Part shown: piece after piece, positions 9,958-19,950 of the stretch | How the letters are laid out: every line of letters starts with the position of its first letter | Position numbering within the stretch: position 1 is the first letter of the stretch | NCBI GenBank assembly: GCA_015522685.1 | Contig: WALU01000035.1 | Coordinates: 1 to 64,000, forward strand | Reading direction: 5' to 3' | Source of the DNA: Thermoproteota archaeon | GTDB lineage: Archaea > Korarchaeota > Korarchaeia > Korarchaeales > Korarchaeaceae | Length of the DNA: 64,000 nt | Position numbers and translations under genes: made by a program | Notes under the pieces: model-generated | What the model was told of the DNA's origin: nothing | What the model saw: the letters and a program-made list of their open reading frames with translations, nothing else | The model's database searches: none

Positions 9958-11524
9958 AGGACACCTTGCCTATGATTAGACCTATTATCAAGCCAGCTAA
10001 TGCCCATATTACACCATATTCTGGATTCATCAGCCCTGATGTTTGGCTAGATTTGACAGAAGTTGATGTAGCTTGACCTTCTATTGTCACTTCCCTTCTA
10101 GATTTCTTCCAATTTTCTGGGGATGCAGTATATCTAACTGTAACCCCTATCTTCTGTGAAAACTTGCTTAGGTCGACTTTACATGAGAGAACAAACCCGG
10201 TGCTCTCGCCATTGTCTAATTCCCCTAAGTAGGTAGATGTACCGATGCATACCCCTGAGTCTATCGTAACATTCACGTTATCAGCTTCCCTGTTCCCGAC
10301 ATTTGCTAGATTACCTCTAATTCTCAATCTTCCTATGCTGTAACTCGCATCTAGAGAAGATATTACTACTCTAGCCTCCTCTATCCTGCCAAAGCCAATT
10401 TCAGTTGTAAGCTCCTTTGTAGTATCCTTGTTATCCTCTTTTTCCTTGTACATGAATTGTAGATCAAGCCTATATGATTTGCTATCCTCGGAGGGAAGTA
10501 GACTTATAGAGACGTTTCTAGAGTTGCCCGGATTCAGATTACCTAGATCAAAGAGAGAGGGACCCAGTATTGTCAGTGTTTTAGAAGAGAGTTGGAGTCT
10601 AACCTTTCTTGCGGTTTCATCTCCTACATTCTTCACTATCAATCTTACATCATTAGATATACCAGCGTTGAGCAAGTGTTTATTTGATAGTATTATTATA
10701 CTTGGAGCAGTCTCTTCCTCACCATTTTTCTCTACAAGCGGTATATTGAAGACTTTCGAGACACCATAGTCCTTCCCCCCACTCGAGTAATGAATAATAA
10801 CCGCGACCTTATCGAAATCTTGGTCAACATTCTCGCCAACATAAGCACCTATATCGTACCTCACTATCGATCCTGGTGTTAATAAGGCTCCTCCGCTTAT
10901 ACTGGGATTCAATATTCTGATAAGAGGAGCACTTAGCTGAACAGAAGTTATTATTGCATCCTCCTTACCCATGTTCCTCAAGGTTAGATAAAGTGTAGAT
11001 GATTCTTCTTTGACTCCTTTCCCAGCTAAGGTAAAATCTATAGTGGATCTCCCTTTAACTTCCAGTTTAAAGTAAAAGTTGTTTGATCCTTTCTTGACAA
11101 CATCACCATCTTTGTTCAAAATTTCATAGGATATGTTGAGGCCGAAGTCATACCAGTTAGGAGGGGTCTTAGTGGGCACCTCTACATTGAACGTGAGGGA
11201 GAATCCTTCACCATCCTTGAAGTTTTCCTTCGCCAGCTGAATTCCCGGCAATAATGCCTCTTTATTACCCCCATTTGGATTTTTAAGGGGGTTTGGTATC
11301 GTTAAAGTGGCTTCCAAGGGCCTTAAAGTATGGTCCTTCTCTATAGAAACTTGAAGCAGGGTAAAGAGGGGAACTATGCCATCTCCTGAATGTACTATAA
11401 TTGAACCTTTTTGATTCCCCCAGCCATAATCGATAAGGCTTACGCTTCCCTTTATAGCTAACAATGAAGTTAGAGGTAGAAGTAAAACTATAAATATAGG
11501 AAGGATAAACTTATGTCTTAACAT
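9923..11524 (-). CDS. Secreted, C-terminally anchored Ig/CARDB-like (COG1361 S-layer-type) protein
   Basis: Signal peptide, repeated 'L.N.G...A..V' beta-sandwich motifs, C-terminal TM plus basic tail; lies between the ABC ATPase and permease. Confidence 0.7.
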   Translation of the reverse strand: MLRHKFILPIFIVLLLPLTSLLAIKGSVSLIDYGWGNQKGSIIVHSGDGIVPLFTLLQVSIEKDHTLRPLEATLTIPNPLKNPNGGNKEALLPGIQLAKENFKDGEGFSLTFNVEVPTKTPPNWYDFGLNISYEILNKDGDVVKKGSNNFYFKLEVKGRSTIDFTLAGKGVKEESSTLYLTLRNMGKEDAIITSVQLSAPLIRILNPSISGGALLTPGSIVRYDIGAYVGENVDQDFDKVAVIIHYSSGGKDYGVSKVFNIPLVEKNGEEETAPSIIILSNKHLLNAGISNDVRLIVKNVGDETARKVRLQLSSKTLTILGPSLFDLGNLNPGNSRNVSISLLPSEDSKSYRLDLQFMYKEKEDNKDTTKELTTEIGFGRIEEARVVISSLDASYSIGRLRIRGNLANVGNREADNVNVTIDSGVCIGTSTYLGELDNGESTGFVLSCKVDLSKFSQKIGVTVRYTASPENWKKSRREVTIEGQATSTSVKSSQTSGLMNPEYGVIWALAGLIIGLIIGKVSFGRRSKEVEVP

Positions 11525-12215
11525 TAGGGTTCACCTCTCCTAAGATAACTCCATCTCTAATCTTTACTATACGATCAGCAGTCCCAGCCATTCTTCGATC
11601 ATGAGTAACCATCACTATGGTTTTCCCTTCCTCACTTAGAGATCTAAGTATTTTCATGATTTGTAGGCCGGAGCTCGTATCCAAATTGCCTGTAGGCTCA
11701 TCTGCTAAGATGATGGCTGGATCGCTCGCAAGGGATCTGGCTATTGCTACTCTCTGCTGTTCTCCACCAGAAAGCTCAGAGGGCTTGTGATTAGCTCTAT
11801 GCCCTAGCCCAACAGCCTTAAGAAGTTCCATTATCCTCCTTCTTTTATTCTTATGGTATTCTCCTATAGCTAAAGCTAGCTCCACGTTCTCGGCCGCAGT
11901 AAGCCATGGAACTAAATTGAATGTCTGAAATATGAAACTTATAATTTTACGACGAAGGAGAGTAGCTTGCCCATCTGTGAGCTTCATTACATCTCTCCCT
12001 AGTATTTTCACGACCCCTGAGGTTGGTCTCGTTAGAAGTCCCATTATGCTAAGCAAGGTAGTTTTTCCACTGCCAGATGGGCCCATTATAGCGACAAATT
12101 CCCCCCTTCTAATGATCAGTGAGATTCCTCTAAGCGCCTCTATGCAATTCTCTCCTGTTCCATACCTTTTTCTGACATTTGCAAGCTTATATGCTGGTAC
12201 ATAGTTCATAAGCAC
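11511..12215 (-). CDS. LolD/MacB-type ABC transporter ATP-binding protein
   Basis: GPSGSGKT, LSGGEQQRVAIAR, DEPTGNLD, VTHD. Confidence 0.95.
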   Translation of the reverse strand: MLMNYVPAYKLANVRKRYGTGENCIEALRGISLIIRRGEFVAIMGPSGSGKTTLLSIMGLLTRPTSGVVKILGRDVMKLTDGQATLLRRKIISFIFQTFNLVPWLTAAENVELALAIGEYHKNKRRRIMELLKAVGLGHRANHKPSELSGGEQQRVAIARSLASDPAIILADEPTGNLDTSSGLQIMKILRSLSEEGKTIVMVTHDRRMAGTADRIVKIRDGVILGEVNPNVKT

Positions 12216-12820
12216 ACCTTTTGTATAAGATTTTTAACATAGCTTAGTTAATAAATATTGCTAAGTAAATAATGTTTAGAAATATAGGCTATTTAAGGGG
12301 ATATAATGCAATCGAGAAAATTTTAAAAGATTTCAAAATTCTTCTAAAAATATAGAAAAAGCTGCTATGAAGATCATTGGAGAGAGAAATAATGTGGCAA
12401 TTGAGGAGTAGTTTTAGTTCTACGGGGTATCCGAAAAGTCACCCCGGAAGCTATATGGTGAAAAGGATATACCAGCCAGTATTACCCCTAACAGGGGCTT
12501 CGGCATATAGGGCTGACCAGATATTGGGTGAGAGAGCAATAAAAAGGAGATATTTTCCTACTAGTATCTTCCTACAATAAGAAACCTTATTAATTCTGAA
12601 ATGTTGAGTTCTACGACTACCATCTAGGTGAATGATCTCTACATCAGGTCAGGATTCCTAAGTAAAATAGTATGATGCATTGATTTGGGTATGATAGAAT
12701 AGTAGTGGAGGTAACTATATCAATGAAAAAGCCATAGCTCCTTATATAAGCGTTAGAATGTGAATGCGCGCCTCAAAGGCCAAAGCAAAGGAGTGGTTGT
12801 TAAAATCAATCTAGGTATAC

Positions 12821-13276
12821 TTAGGGAGCTGATGGAAATCTAGATGATATTTTCCAATGGGTCCTCCTAAGAGATATTATAGATCTTTCAAAGAGAACGA
12901 CCAGATTGGCTAGATCCCTCCCTAGTACGCTCTCTATTTCCTTCATAAAATTATCTCTTAGCTGATCATAGTTAAGGTAGAGCTTCTTTTCCATCTGCCT
13001 CAGGTTATAGGAGGCTAGCCTTATTATATCTTCATCCTCATCTGTGGGATGTTTAGATGTTAATGCTTCCTTGATAAGCTCAAAACTCTCAAGAAATGAC
13101 GATTTGTCGCTCGCAGGCAAATTCTCTACGTAGATTCTTGCCATATGATCCGCTATGGAAGCTAATCTATCGTCCGGAAGGTACTCTTTAGCTAGAGATA
13201 AAGTTCTCACGCTCTCAAAGAGAGCTTCTATTATCATGCTCATTTGATCAGCCCTCAAATCCAGTAACTGATTCAA
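12821..13276 (-). CDS. Hypothetical alpha-helical protein
   Basis: 151-aa ORF with native-looking composition, divergent from hisD; no motif recognised. Confidence 0.55.
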   Translation of the reverse strand: MNQLLDLRADQMSMIIEALFESVRTLSLAKEYLPDDRLASIADHMARIYVENLPASDKSSFLESFELIKEALTSKHPTDEDEDIIRLASYNLRQMEKKLYLNYDQLRDNFMKEIESVLGRDLANLVVLFERSIISLRRTHWKISSRFPSAP

Positions 13277-13314
13277 GAGAAAAACTTATTACTTCAGGCA
13301 ACAAAGCCAAAGAT

Positions 13315-14589
13315 ATGGATTTTCCATTCTTTGGAGAGCTAAGAGATAACTGGAATCATGCATTGAAGGTTCTTAGAGCGAGGAGAAACTTACCTTTTGG
13401 GCAAGCTGAGGATATCATTAAGGAAGTAAAGGAGAGGGGATTAAAGGAGGTTTTGAGGCTTACGAAGAAATTCGATGGCATTTCTCTATCTCAAGATGAA
13501 ATATATTCGGAACCTGAGAATGGAGTGTTACCCTACTTCGTGGAAGAAGCGTTCAATAGACTTCTTTCTTGTGCAAAATCCTTGTTAAATAAATCGGAGT
13601 GCCATATAGGAGGGTTCTCAACTTCAATGGAATGGTTAAGGCGCTCTCCCTCGATGGGAAAACCCATCAGTAGAGTTGGGATATACGTTCCTGGTGGTAA
13701 CTATCCCCTCTTATCCTCACTTCTCATGGCCATAGCTCCTGGAATAGCTGCAGGGGCAAAAGAATTTGTAGTTGCAACTCCTCCTAGGAATTATAATGTA
13801 ATAGAGCATGCTTCAGCTAGGTTTGGAGCCAGAGAGTTCCTGAAAGTTGGGGGAGTGCAGGCAATTGCTTCTTTAGCTTATGGTTTGCCAGAGATAGGAC
13901 TTCGTCCAGTAGATATAATAGTAGGACCGGGGAATTCTTACGTTACAGCAGCGAAGCATATAGTATCTAGAGATATTAAGATCGATCTACTGGCTGGTCC
14001 TTCTGAAGTGCTCATATTATCGGACGGAAGCTTTCCAGTGGAGCTGATCGCTTTGGACATGCTTGCCCAAGCGGAACATGGACCTGATTCCATTGCTCTT
14101 ACCCTGACAACTTCACGTGAAGAGGCCATTGAGCTGAGATCTTATCTACTTAGATATCTTAATGTGGATAGATTTAGATCCCTCAGAAGCAGGAGTGGTA
14201 TCCTCTATGGGAAGAGCAAAGAGCTTGTTAAATTCAGCGATATCTTCATGCCCGAACATTTAGAGATCTTTGGTGATTTCCAAGCACGAATGGCTGGTGC
14301 CATATTTGAGAAGACAGGCGTTGTATTTGGTGATTATGGATATACCGGAGCTAATCATATCTTACCTACTGGAGGAACCCTACTGGAGAGACCCGGTTTG
14401 AGTCCATTCTCCTTTTTCAGGGGTTTTAGCGGTTCTTATTCTTATAGGCAAATGGGTAGTTTAAAATCTCAAGCTTCTGTATCTGAAATGACCGCTCATT
14501 TCGCTAGATTAGAGGGATTAGAGTATCACGCTAGAGCAGCTGAATCAAGGGAAAAACTTTATAAGGAGATCTCTGCTCAGGAAAGCTAA
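13315..14589 (+). CDS. hisD: Histidinol dehydrogenase
   Basis: GIYVPGG, GPGNSYV, AGPSE, QAEH, PEHL, GDYxxxGANHILPT, EGLEYHA. Confidence 0.9.
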   Translation: MDFPFFGELRDNWNHALKVLRARRNLPFGQAEDIIKEVKERGLKEVLRLTKKFDGISLSQDEIYSEPENGVLPYFVEEAFNRLLSCAKSLLNKSECHIGGFSTSMEWLRRSPSMGKPISRVGIYVPGGNYPLLSSLLMAIAPGIAAGAKEFVVATPPRNYNVIEHASARFGAREFLKVGGVQAIASLAYGLPEIGLRPVDIIVGPGNSYVTAAKHIVSRDIKIDLLAGPSEVLILSDGSFPVELIALDMLAQAEHGPDSIALTLTTSREEAIELRSYLLRYLNVDRFRSLRSRSGILYGKSKELVKFSDIFMPEHLEIFGDFQARMAGAIFEKTGVVFGDYGYTGANHILPTGGTLLERPGLSPFSFFRGFSGSYSYRQMGSLKSQASVSEMTAHFARLEGLEYHARAAESREKLYKEISAQES

Positions 14590-14590
14590 C

Positions 14591-14626
14591 GAGATGATAT
14601 GTATGGGGGATTTAGTTCACCTCTAG
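14591..14626 (+). promoter_or_regulatory. Leader mini-ORF MGDLVHL* (candidate His-sensing +1 frameshift site)
   Basis: SD-like GAGATGA 14591-97, 5-nt spacer, ATG GGG GAT TTA GTT CAC CTC TAG (14603-14626); +1 frame reads T-S-R-R-E-F-L-K into the binding-protein ORF; twin element at 21320-21355. Confidence 0.6.
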
Positions 14627-15743
14627 GAGAGAATTCCTTAAGATGGCAGTTGTAGGAACTGCCGGCCTTCTTGTCGGTGGATCTGCAGGCTATTTTTATA
14701 GATCCTCTGTTTCTCCCAGTAAGATAAAGCAAGAAGCTAGCGAAGCCAGTAAGGAGATTAAAGGAAAGGTTGCCATGTATGACTGGAGCAATAATAACAA
14801 TCCGTTCGTCTTTAAGTTATTCAAGGATAAGACTAGTGTAAATGTAGTGTACGACCTCTTTGATAGCGATGATGAGGCTTTCGCTAAATTAGAGGCAGGT
14901 GGTAGCGGATACGATGTAGTGGTTTTAACTGATAAATACGTTAGAAATGCGATAGAGAGGGGTTACGTTAGAAAACTCGATCAAAGCTCTATTCCAAACA
15001 TAAAGTACCTTGATCCTAAGTTTAGAGAATTAAAATATGACCCGGGAAATAAGTATTCTGTGCCATATGGATTTGGCAGTACTGCCATAGGATATAACTC
15101 AAAGAAAGTAAAGAATTTAACAAGTTGGAAGCAGTATTTCGATCCAAGCTACCTATCCAATTACAAGAAGAAAGTATCTATGCTCGAGGATCCACCTGAA
15201 GTGATGTTTGCTACCAAGCTCTATTTAGGTAAGAGTCTCGACGATTGGAGCGATTCTACTATGGGAGAAATTAAAGAAGCATTAATAAGGCAAAAGCCTT
15301 ACTTAGCGGGATATTTCAGTACGGATAAGTATATTCCCAATCTAGAGAATGGGTCTCTCATTGCATCCCACGCCTATAATGGCGACGTTTTAACAGCTAA
15401 ATATGGGGATGGATTCAAGGATCTGTCTTATCTAATACCAGAAGAGGGTGCTGTGGCGTGGATAGATAACATGCTCATCCCTAAGGATGCGTCTAACCCA
15501 GAAGCCGCTCAGGCTCTGATAAATTTCCTGATAGATCCTCTCGTTGCAGCATATAAAACGATCTCTGTTTACATTGCAATGCCAATACCAGCAACTAAGA
15601 AGCTATTACCACCAGAACTGGCCAGCGAGCCAGCTCTTATACCACCACCTGATCAGATGAAGAAGTTACATCTATCACCTGTGCTAACTGATAAGATCAG
15701 GGCAAAGATCAATGACGTATGGGAACAAGTCTTAGCAGCTTAG
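14603..15743 (+). CDS. PotD/PotF-family ABC substrate-binding protein with Tat signal; N-terminus needs a +1 frameshift (in-frame ORF 14643-15743)
   Basis: GGSGYDVVV, DPGNKYSVPY, PEEGAVAWIDNMLIPK motifs; SRREFLK is encoded upstream of the first in-frame ATG and bounded by in-frame TAG 14613-15. Confidence 0.85.
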
Positions 15744-15750
15744 GTGTGAA

Positions 15751-17034
15751 ATGTTGGTTTCAATACCAAGGGGATTCAGGGATTTCCCTCCCCCATTTAT
15801 GATACTTAGGAAGAGAGTAATGGAAAGGGTAGAGGAGATATTCAAGAGATATGGCTTTGATCCCTTCGATACTCCAATCTTAGAGTTATGGGAGACCGTG
15901 AAAGGTAAATTAGGAGAAGAAACTGAAAATAGGCTCATGTTCATATTTCCAGATTTTCTAAGCAAAGAATGGTATGCTCTCAGATATGAATTAACATTCC
16001 CTCTCGCTAGGTATATAGCTATGCACCCTGAGACTCCTCTGCCCTTTAAGAGATATCATATAGGGAGGGTATGGAGGCATGAAGAGCCCCAGAAAGGAAG
16101 GTATAGAGAGTTCTGGCAATGTGATGCAGATATAGTGGGCAGTCCTTGTCCAGAAGCTGATGCTGAGATAGTCAAGCTAAATATTGAAGTAATGAGAACT
16201 TTTGGTTTCAGAAGATATGTAGTGAAGATCAATGACCGGAGACTCCTGACAGGAATCTTTGAGGAAGAGCTTGGTATAGCAAAACCAGCTCCTGTATATA
16301 GATCTATTGATAAACTGGATAAAATTGGAGAAGCTGGAGTGAGAGCTGAATTACTCGCTAAGGGAATGAATAGTCACCTAGTCGATAAAATAATCAATTT
16401 AACTAGGATTAGAGGTAGGTTCGAGGAAGTCTACGAGGATTTGAGAGATATTAGCAATGAAAAGGTGAAGACCGCTTTAGACCATCTTGGGAGCATATTC
16501 GGCATAATTGAGGATGATAAACTAATCTTTGATCTATCCCTTGTCAGAGGTCTAGAGTATTATACAGGACCTGTCTTCGAAACAATTGTGAAGGAACCTA
16601 AGATAGGTTCTCTAGCTGGAGGTGGGAGATATGATAAGCTGATAGGTCTCTACTCCGGGAAAGATGTACCGGCCACAGGCGCCAGCATCGGTATAGAGAG
16701 ATTAATAGACGCCGGTCTGGAGCTTGGCATATTATCCCTTAGAGATAAGAGCTACATTCAAGTATTTGTAGTGAGTGTGAAGAGAGATTCCTGGAGATAT
16801 GCGTGGAAGGTAGCGGAGTTTTTAAGAAAGGAGGGATTCTATGTTTCCTTAGATCTTATGAGGAGAAGTCAATCAAATCAGAGAGAGTATGCAAGGAAAC
16901 TTGGAGCCAAGGTGATCGTCTTCGTTGGACCGAAGGAAAAAGATAAGAGGAGCGTTACCATATATTCAAATGGAATCAGGAGAACAGTTAGCCTTGAGAA
17001 TGCAGCTAGGACTATCAATGAGGTCATCTCTTGA
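15751..17034 (+). CDS. hisS: Histidine--tRNA ligase
   Basis: PRGFRD, LRYELT, RHEEPQKGRYREFWQCDAD, LVRGLEYYTG, GGGRYD, GIERL. Confidence 0.95.
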   Translation: MLVSIPRGFRDFPPPFMILRKRVMERVEEIFKRYGFDPFDTPILELWETVKGKLGEETENRLMFIFPDFLSKEWYALRYELTFPLARYIAMHPETPLPFKRYHIGRVWRHEEPQKGRYREFWQCDADIVGSPCPEADAEIVKLNIEVMRTFGFRRYVVKINDRRLLTGIFEEELGIAKPAPVYRSIDKLDKIGEAGVRAELLAKGMNSHLVDKIINLTRIRGRFEEVYEDLRDISNEKVKTALDHLGSIFGIIEDDKLIFDLSLVRGLEYYTGPVFETIVKEPKIGSLAGGGRYDKLIGLYSGKDVPATGASIGIERLIDAGLELGILSLRDKSYIQVFVVSVKRDSWRYAWKVAEFLRKEGFYVSLDLMRRSQSNQREYARKLGAKVIVFVGPKEKDKRSVTIYSNGIRRTVSLENAARTINEVIS

Positions 17035-17671
17035 TCTTTATCCTATAATTTGTTTTCAAATAGGATATATCATCTAGAAGCTTCCATATTTCATCCAAAA
17101 AGCTAGGAAGCATATAGAGAGGGATTATTGGTATACCGTGAAGGATCCTATCGCTGAAATCAAGCCATGTAACTATCGCTGGGATTATTAGACTCTCTCC
17201 TTCTTCTATTTCTATGCCTTTTATATCTTCTATTTTGAAGGCACCAGATAGTGATTTAGTTCTCTCTAATTGTTTTACAGCTGCCTTCTTAAGCTTATAT
17301 ATCTTAGAAGAAGATCCCTTAGACCACATCTTGCAATCCACTGATAAAATTAGTTCACCTAAAGCTCCGAGTATATCTATCTCATATCTCCTCTGATTAA
17401 AAGAGAATTTAACTCCCTTTATAGCATCTACTCCAGACATCTGGAAGCCCTTTAGGCAGAAATCCTCGAATCTCTTCCAGTCTAAGAGCGCTGCAGCTCT
17501 CTCAGGAGAAATGCCTATCTTAATCAATGCAATAGCTACTGCTACAGGATTATCAGCTGGATTTCCTCCCCCTTCCCTTCTTAGATATGAAAGAAGATCC
17601 TCAGGAATAGATTTCCAATTCTCACTAACCATCTCATGGAGACTTTTCTCAGCTATCCTCTTAAGGTCCAC
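17024..17671 (-). CDS. PD-(D/E)xK restriction-endonuclease-fold protein (Mrr/NERD-like)
   Basis: LDWKRFEDF...EIDIL.....VDCKMW...QLER. Confidence 0.7.
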   Translation of the reverse strand: MDLKRIAEKSLHEMVSENWKSIPEDLLSYLRREGGGNPADNPVAVAIALIKIGISPERAAALLDWKRFEDFCLKGFQMSGVDAIKGVKFSFNQRRYEIDILGALGELILSVDCKMWSKGSSSKIYKLKKAAVKQLERTKSLSGAFKIEDIKGIEIEEGESLIIPAIVTWLDFSDRILHGIPIIPLYMLPSFLDEIWKLLDDISYLKTNYRIKIKR

Positions 17672-17746
17672 CTTCTATACTATTCAAGAAAGAAAGAGTG
17701 ATATATACATTTGCCTTCTTCTATCAGTTAGAGAAGGTTGACTTAA

Positions 17747-19033
17747 TTGGGACTCACATTAGCTGAGAAAATCTTGAGTATGAGAATGGGAAAGAAAGTA
17801 AGAGCCGGAGACGTTGTCATTAGCCCTGTAGATTATGCAGCAGCCCAAGATGGAACGGGCCCTCTAACTATAAGAGTAATGGAGGAGCAGCTAGGCGTAA
17901 AATCTGTTTTTGAGCCAGGTAGAGTTATATTCTTCTTAGATCATGCTGCTCCGGCTCCCAGAAAGGAGCTAGCTAATGATCATAAGTTCATCAAGCAGTT
18001 TGGTAAGGAGGTAGGTTGCATAGTTTCAAGGGAGGGGGAAGGTATAATTCATCAAAGACTTGTGGAGGACTTCGTTTCCCCCGGAGATATAATAGTTGGG
18101 GCTGATTCTCATACATGTACCTCAGGTGCTTTAGCAGCATTCGCCACAGGCATGGGATCAACGGATATAGCAGTAGCTATGGCTTATGGCAAGACTTGGT
18201 TTAGGGTTCCAGAGACCATAAGGATCGAGGCTAGTGGAGAACTTCCATTTGGGGTATTTCCAAAGGATCTCATGCTTTACATAATCGGCAAGCTCACCGC
18301 TGAAGGCGCAACATATAAGGCTCTAGAATTTCAAGGAGAAACCATAAGAAATCTAACTCAGGAATCGAGATTTACTTTATCTAACATGGCAGTCGAAGCA
18401 GGAGCTAAGGTGGGCTTAATAGAGAGTGATGACGCGACTAGAAGATATCTGAAGGAAATGGGAAGAGAAGGTAAATATAAGGAGATAAAGGCTGATGAAG
18501 GAGCTAGTTATGAGAGCATTATGTATATAGATTCCGAAGATCTAGTTCCCTCTTTAGCTGCACCTCATTTTGTAGATAATTATAGGACAATAGATCAGCT
18601 GGAAGGTCTGAAAGTGGATCAAGTCTTTATCGGGACATGTACAAATGGAAGATTTGAGGATTTACTGGTTGCAGCTACAATCCTAAAGGGTAAGAAAGTC
18701 GATCCTAATGTGAAATTTATAGTAGGACCTGCATCGAGGAAAGTGCTAGAGAAAGCCGTTAAGGAGAGCCTGATCGATATATCTATCAAAGCAGGAGCTG
18801 TGATTATTCCTCCAGGATGCGGTCCATGCGCAGGCGTACATGCTGGAGTGCCATCGGATGGAGAAGTTGTAGTTTCCACACAAAATAGGAACTTCAGAGG
18901 AAGAATGGGTAATCCTAACTCTGAGATATATTTAGCAAGCCCTGCTACGGCAGCAGCCACAGCAATAAAGGGAGAAATTGCTGACCCTAGAGAATTCCTC
19001 CCAGAGGATTTTAAGGTCAAGATAGTAAGCTAA
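17747..19033 (+). CDS. leuC: 3-isopropylmalate dehydratase / homoaconitase large subunit
   Basis: TLAEKIL, DH, GADSHT, GTCTNGR, CGPCAG, STQNRNFRGRMG, LASP; LeuC vs HacA specificity not resolvable by eye. Confidence 0.85.
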   Translation: MGLTLAEKILSMRMGKKVRAGDVVISPVDYAAAQDGTGPLTIRVMEEQLGVKSVFEPGRVIFFLDHAAPAPRKELANDHKFIKQFGKEVGCIVSREGEGIIHQRLVEDFVSPGDIIVGADSHTCTSGALAAFATGMGSTDIAVAMAYGKTWFRVPETIRIEASGELPFGVFPKDLMLYIIGKLTAEGATYKALEFQGETIRNLTQESRFTLSNMAVEAGAKVGLIESDDATRRYLKEMGREGKYKEIKADEGASYESIMYIDSEDLVPSLAAPHFVDNYRTIDQLEGLKVDQVFIGTCTNGRFEDLLVAATILKGKKVDPNVKFIVGPASRKVLEKAVKESLIDISIKAGAVIIPPGCGPCAGVHAGVPSDGEVVVSTQNRNFRGRMGNPNSEIYLASPATAAATAIKGEIADPREFLPEDFKVKIVS

Positions 19034-19049
19034 TGAAGGAAGCGTTATT

Positions 19050-19547
19050 ATGAAGATAAAAGGTAGAGCTTGGAAGTTTGGAGACGGGGTGAGCACAGAT
19101 GATATCGCCCCCGGTAGATACTTCTACCTGAGAAGTCAACCAAAAGAGCTAGCCAAGCATGCATTTGAGGACTTGAGGCCAGACTTCGCCAAGAACGCGA
19201 AACCAGGAGATATAGTTGTAGGAGGAAGGAATTTTGGACAAGGATCTAGCAGAGAACATGCTCCTCTGATAATAAAGCTTAATGGAGTTGGAGCCATAAT
19301 AGCTAAGAGCGTGGCTAGGATCTTCTTCAGGAATGCGATAAATTTAGGGCTACCTATGATAATAGTTGACACAGATAGGATCAATGATTGCGATGAGATA
19401 GAGATCGATTTGAAGGAAGGTATAGTAGAGGATTTAACTAAAAAATTCAAGCTCGAAGCTAAGCCGTTGCCAGAGGCTATGCTGAAGATTCTTAGAGATG
19501 GGGGATTAGTACCCCATGTAAAGAAACACGGTAGCTTTACTTTGTAG
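19050..19547 (+). CDS. leuD: 3-isopropylmalate dehydratase / homoaconitase small subunit
   Basis: STDDIAPGRY, NFGQGSSREHAP, ARIFFRNAINLGLP. Confidence 0.85.
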   Translation: MKIKGRAWKFGDGVSTDDIAPGRYFYLRSQPKELAKHAFEDLRPDFAKNAKPGDIVVGGRNFGQGSSREHAPLIIKLNGVGAIIAKSVARIFFRNAINLGLPMIIVDTDRINDCDEIEIDLKEGIVEDLTKKFKLEAKPLPEAMLKILRDGGLVPHVKKHGSFTL

Positions 19548-19950
19548 GTGAGAGTTTACTCTTCCTCATTTTCTTTTAGCACTAAAGGTGAGATAGTTTT
19601 GTAGATTATAACAGAGAGAGCTAATGAGATAGTTAGGGAAGTTGGAATAAAGGGAGGCTTAGCTCTGCTATCTGCTCCTCATGCAACCGGAGCTATTATA
19701 CTGAATGAAAATGATCCATCTTTGTTGGAGAATCTGAAGACCTTACTAGAGAAAATTATATCCCAGGAAATGGTTATAAGCATCCATTCAATGCACATTC
19801 TCACCTAAGATCTATCCTCATGGAATCAAGTAATGTTACCCTAGTAAATAATGGAAGACTAAGTCTGGGCGTATGGTGAAGCATAATATGGTGGAAGTTG
19901 ACACTCGCCCTAGGGAAAGAACAGTGCTCATCACCATTGTTGGGGAGTAG
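19548..19950 (+). pseudogene. yjbQ: YjbQ/UPF0047 family pseudogene
   Basis: Hand translation gives APHATGAIILNENDPSLL, YKHPFNAHSHLRSIL, GRLSLGVW*, EVDTRPRERTVLITIVGE*; two internal stops and two frameshifts. Confidence 0.85.

Noticed and set aside
12377-12580. 67-aa ORF and GGGGT...ACCCC stem in the 12216-12820 gap
   Set aside because: No recognisable motif in the forward frames I translated; may be pseudogene debris but I cannot assign it.
14613-14615. Amber read-through (pyrrolysine) explanation for the in-frame TAG here and at 21342-44
   Set aside because: The 14613 frame has no upstream start (TGA at 14595), TAG is used as a normal stop for many genes here, and no pyl genes are in the window.
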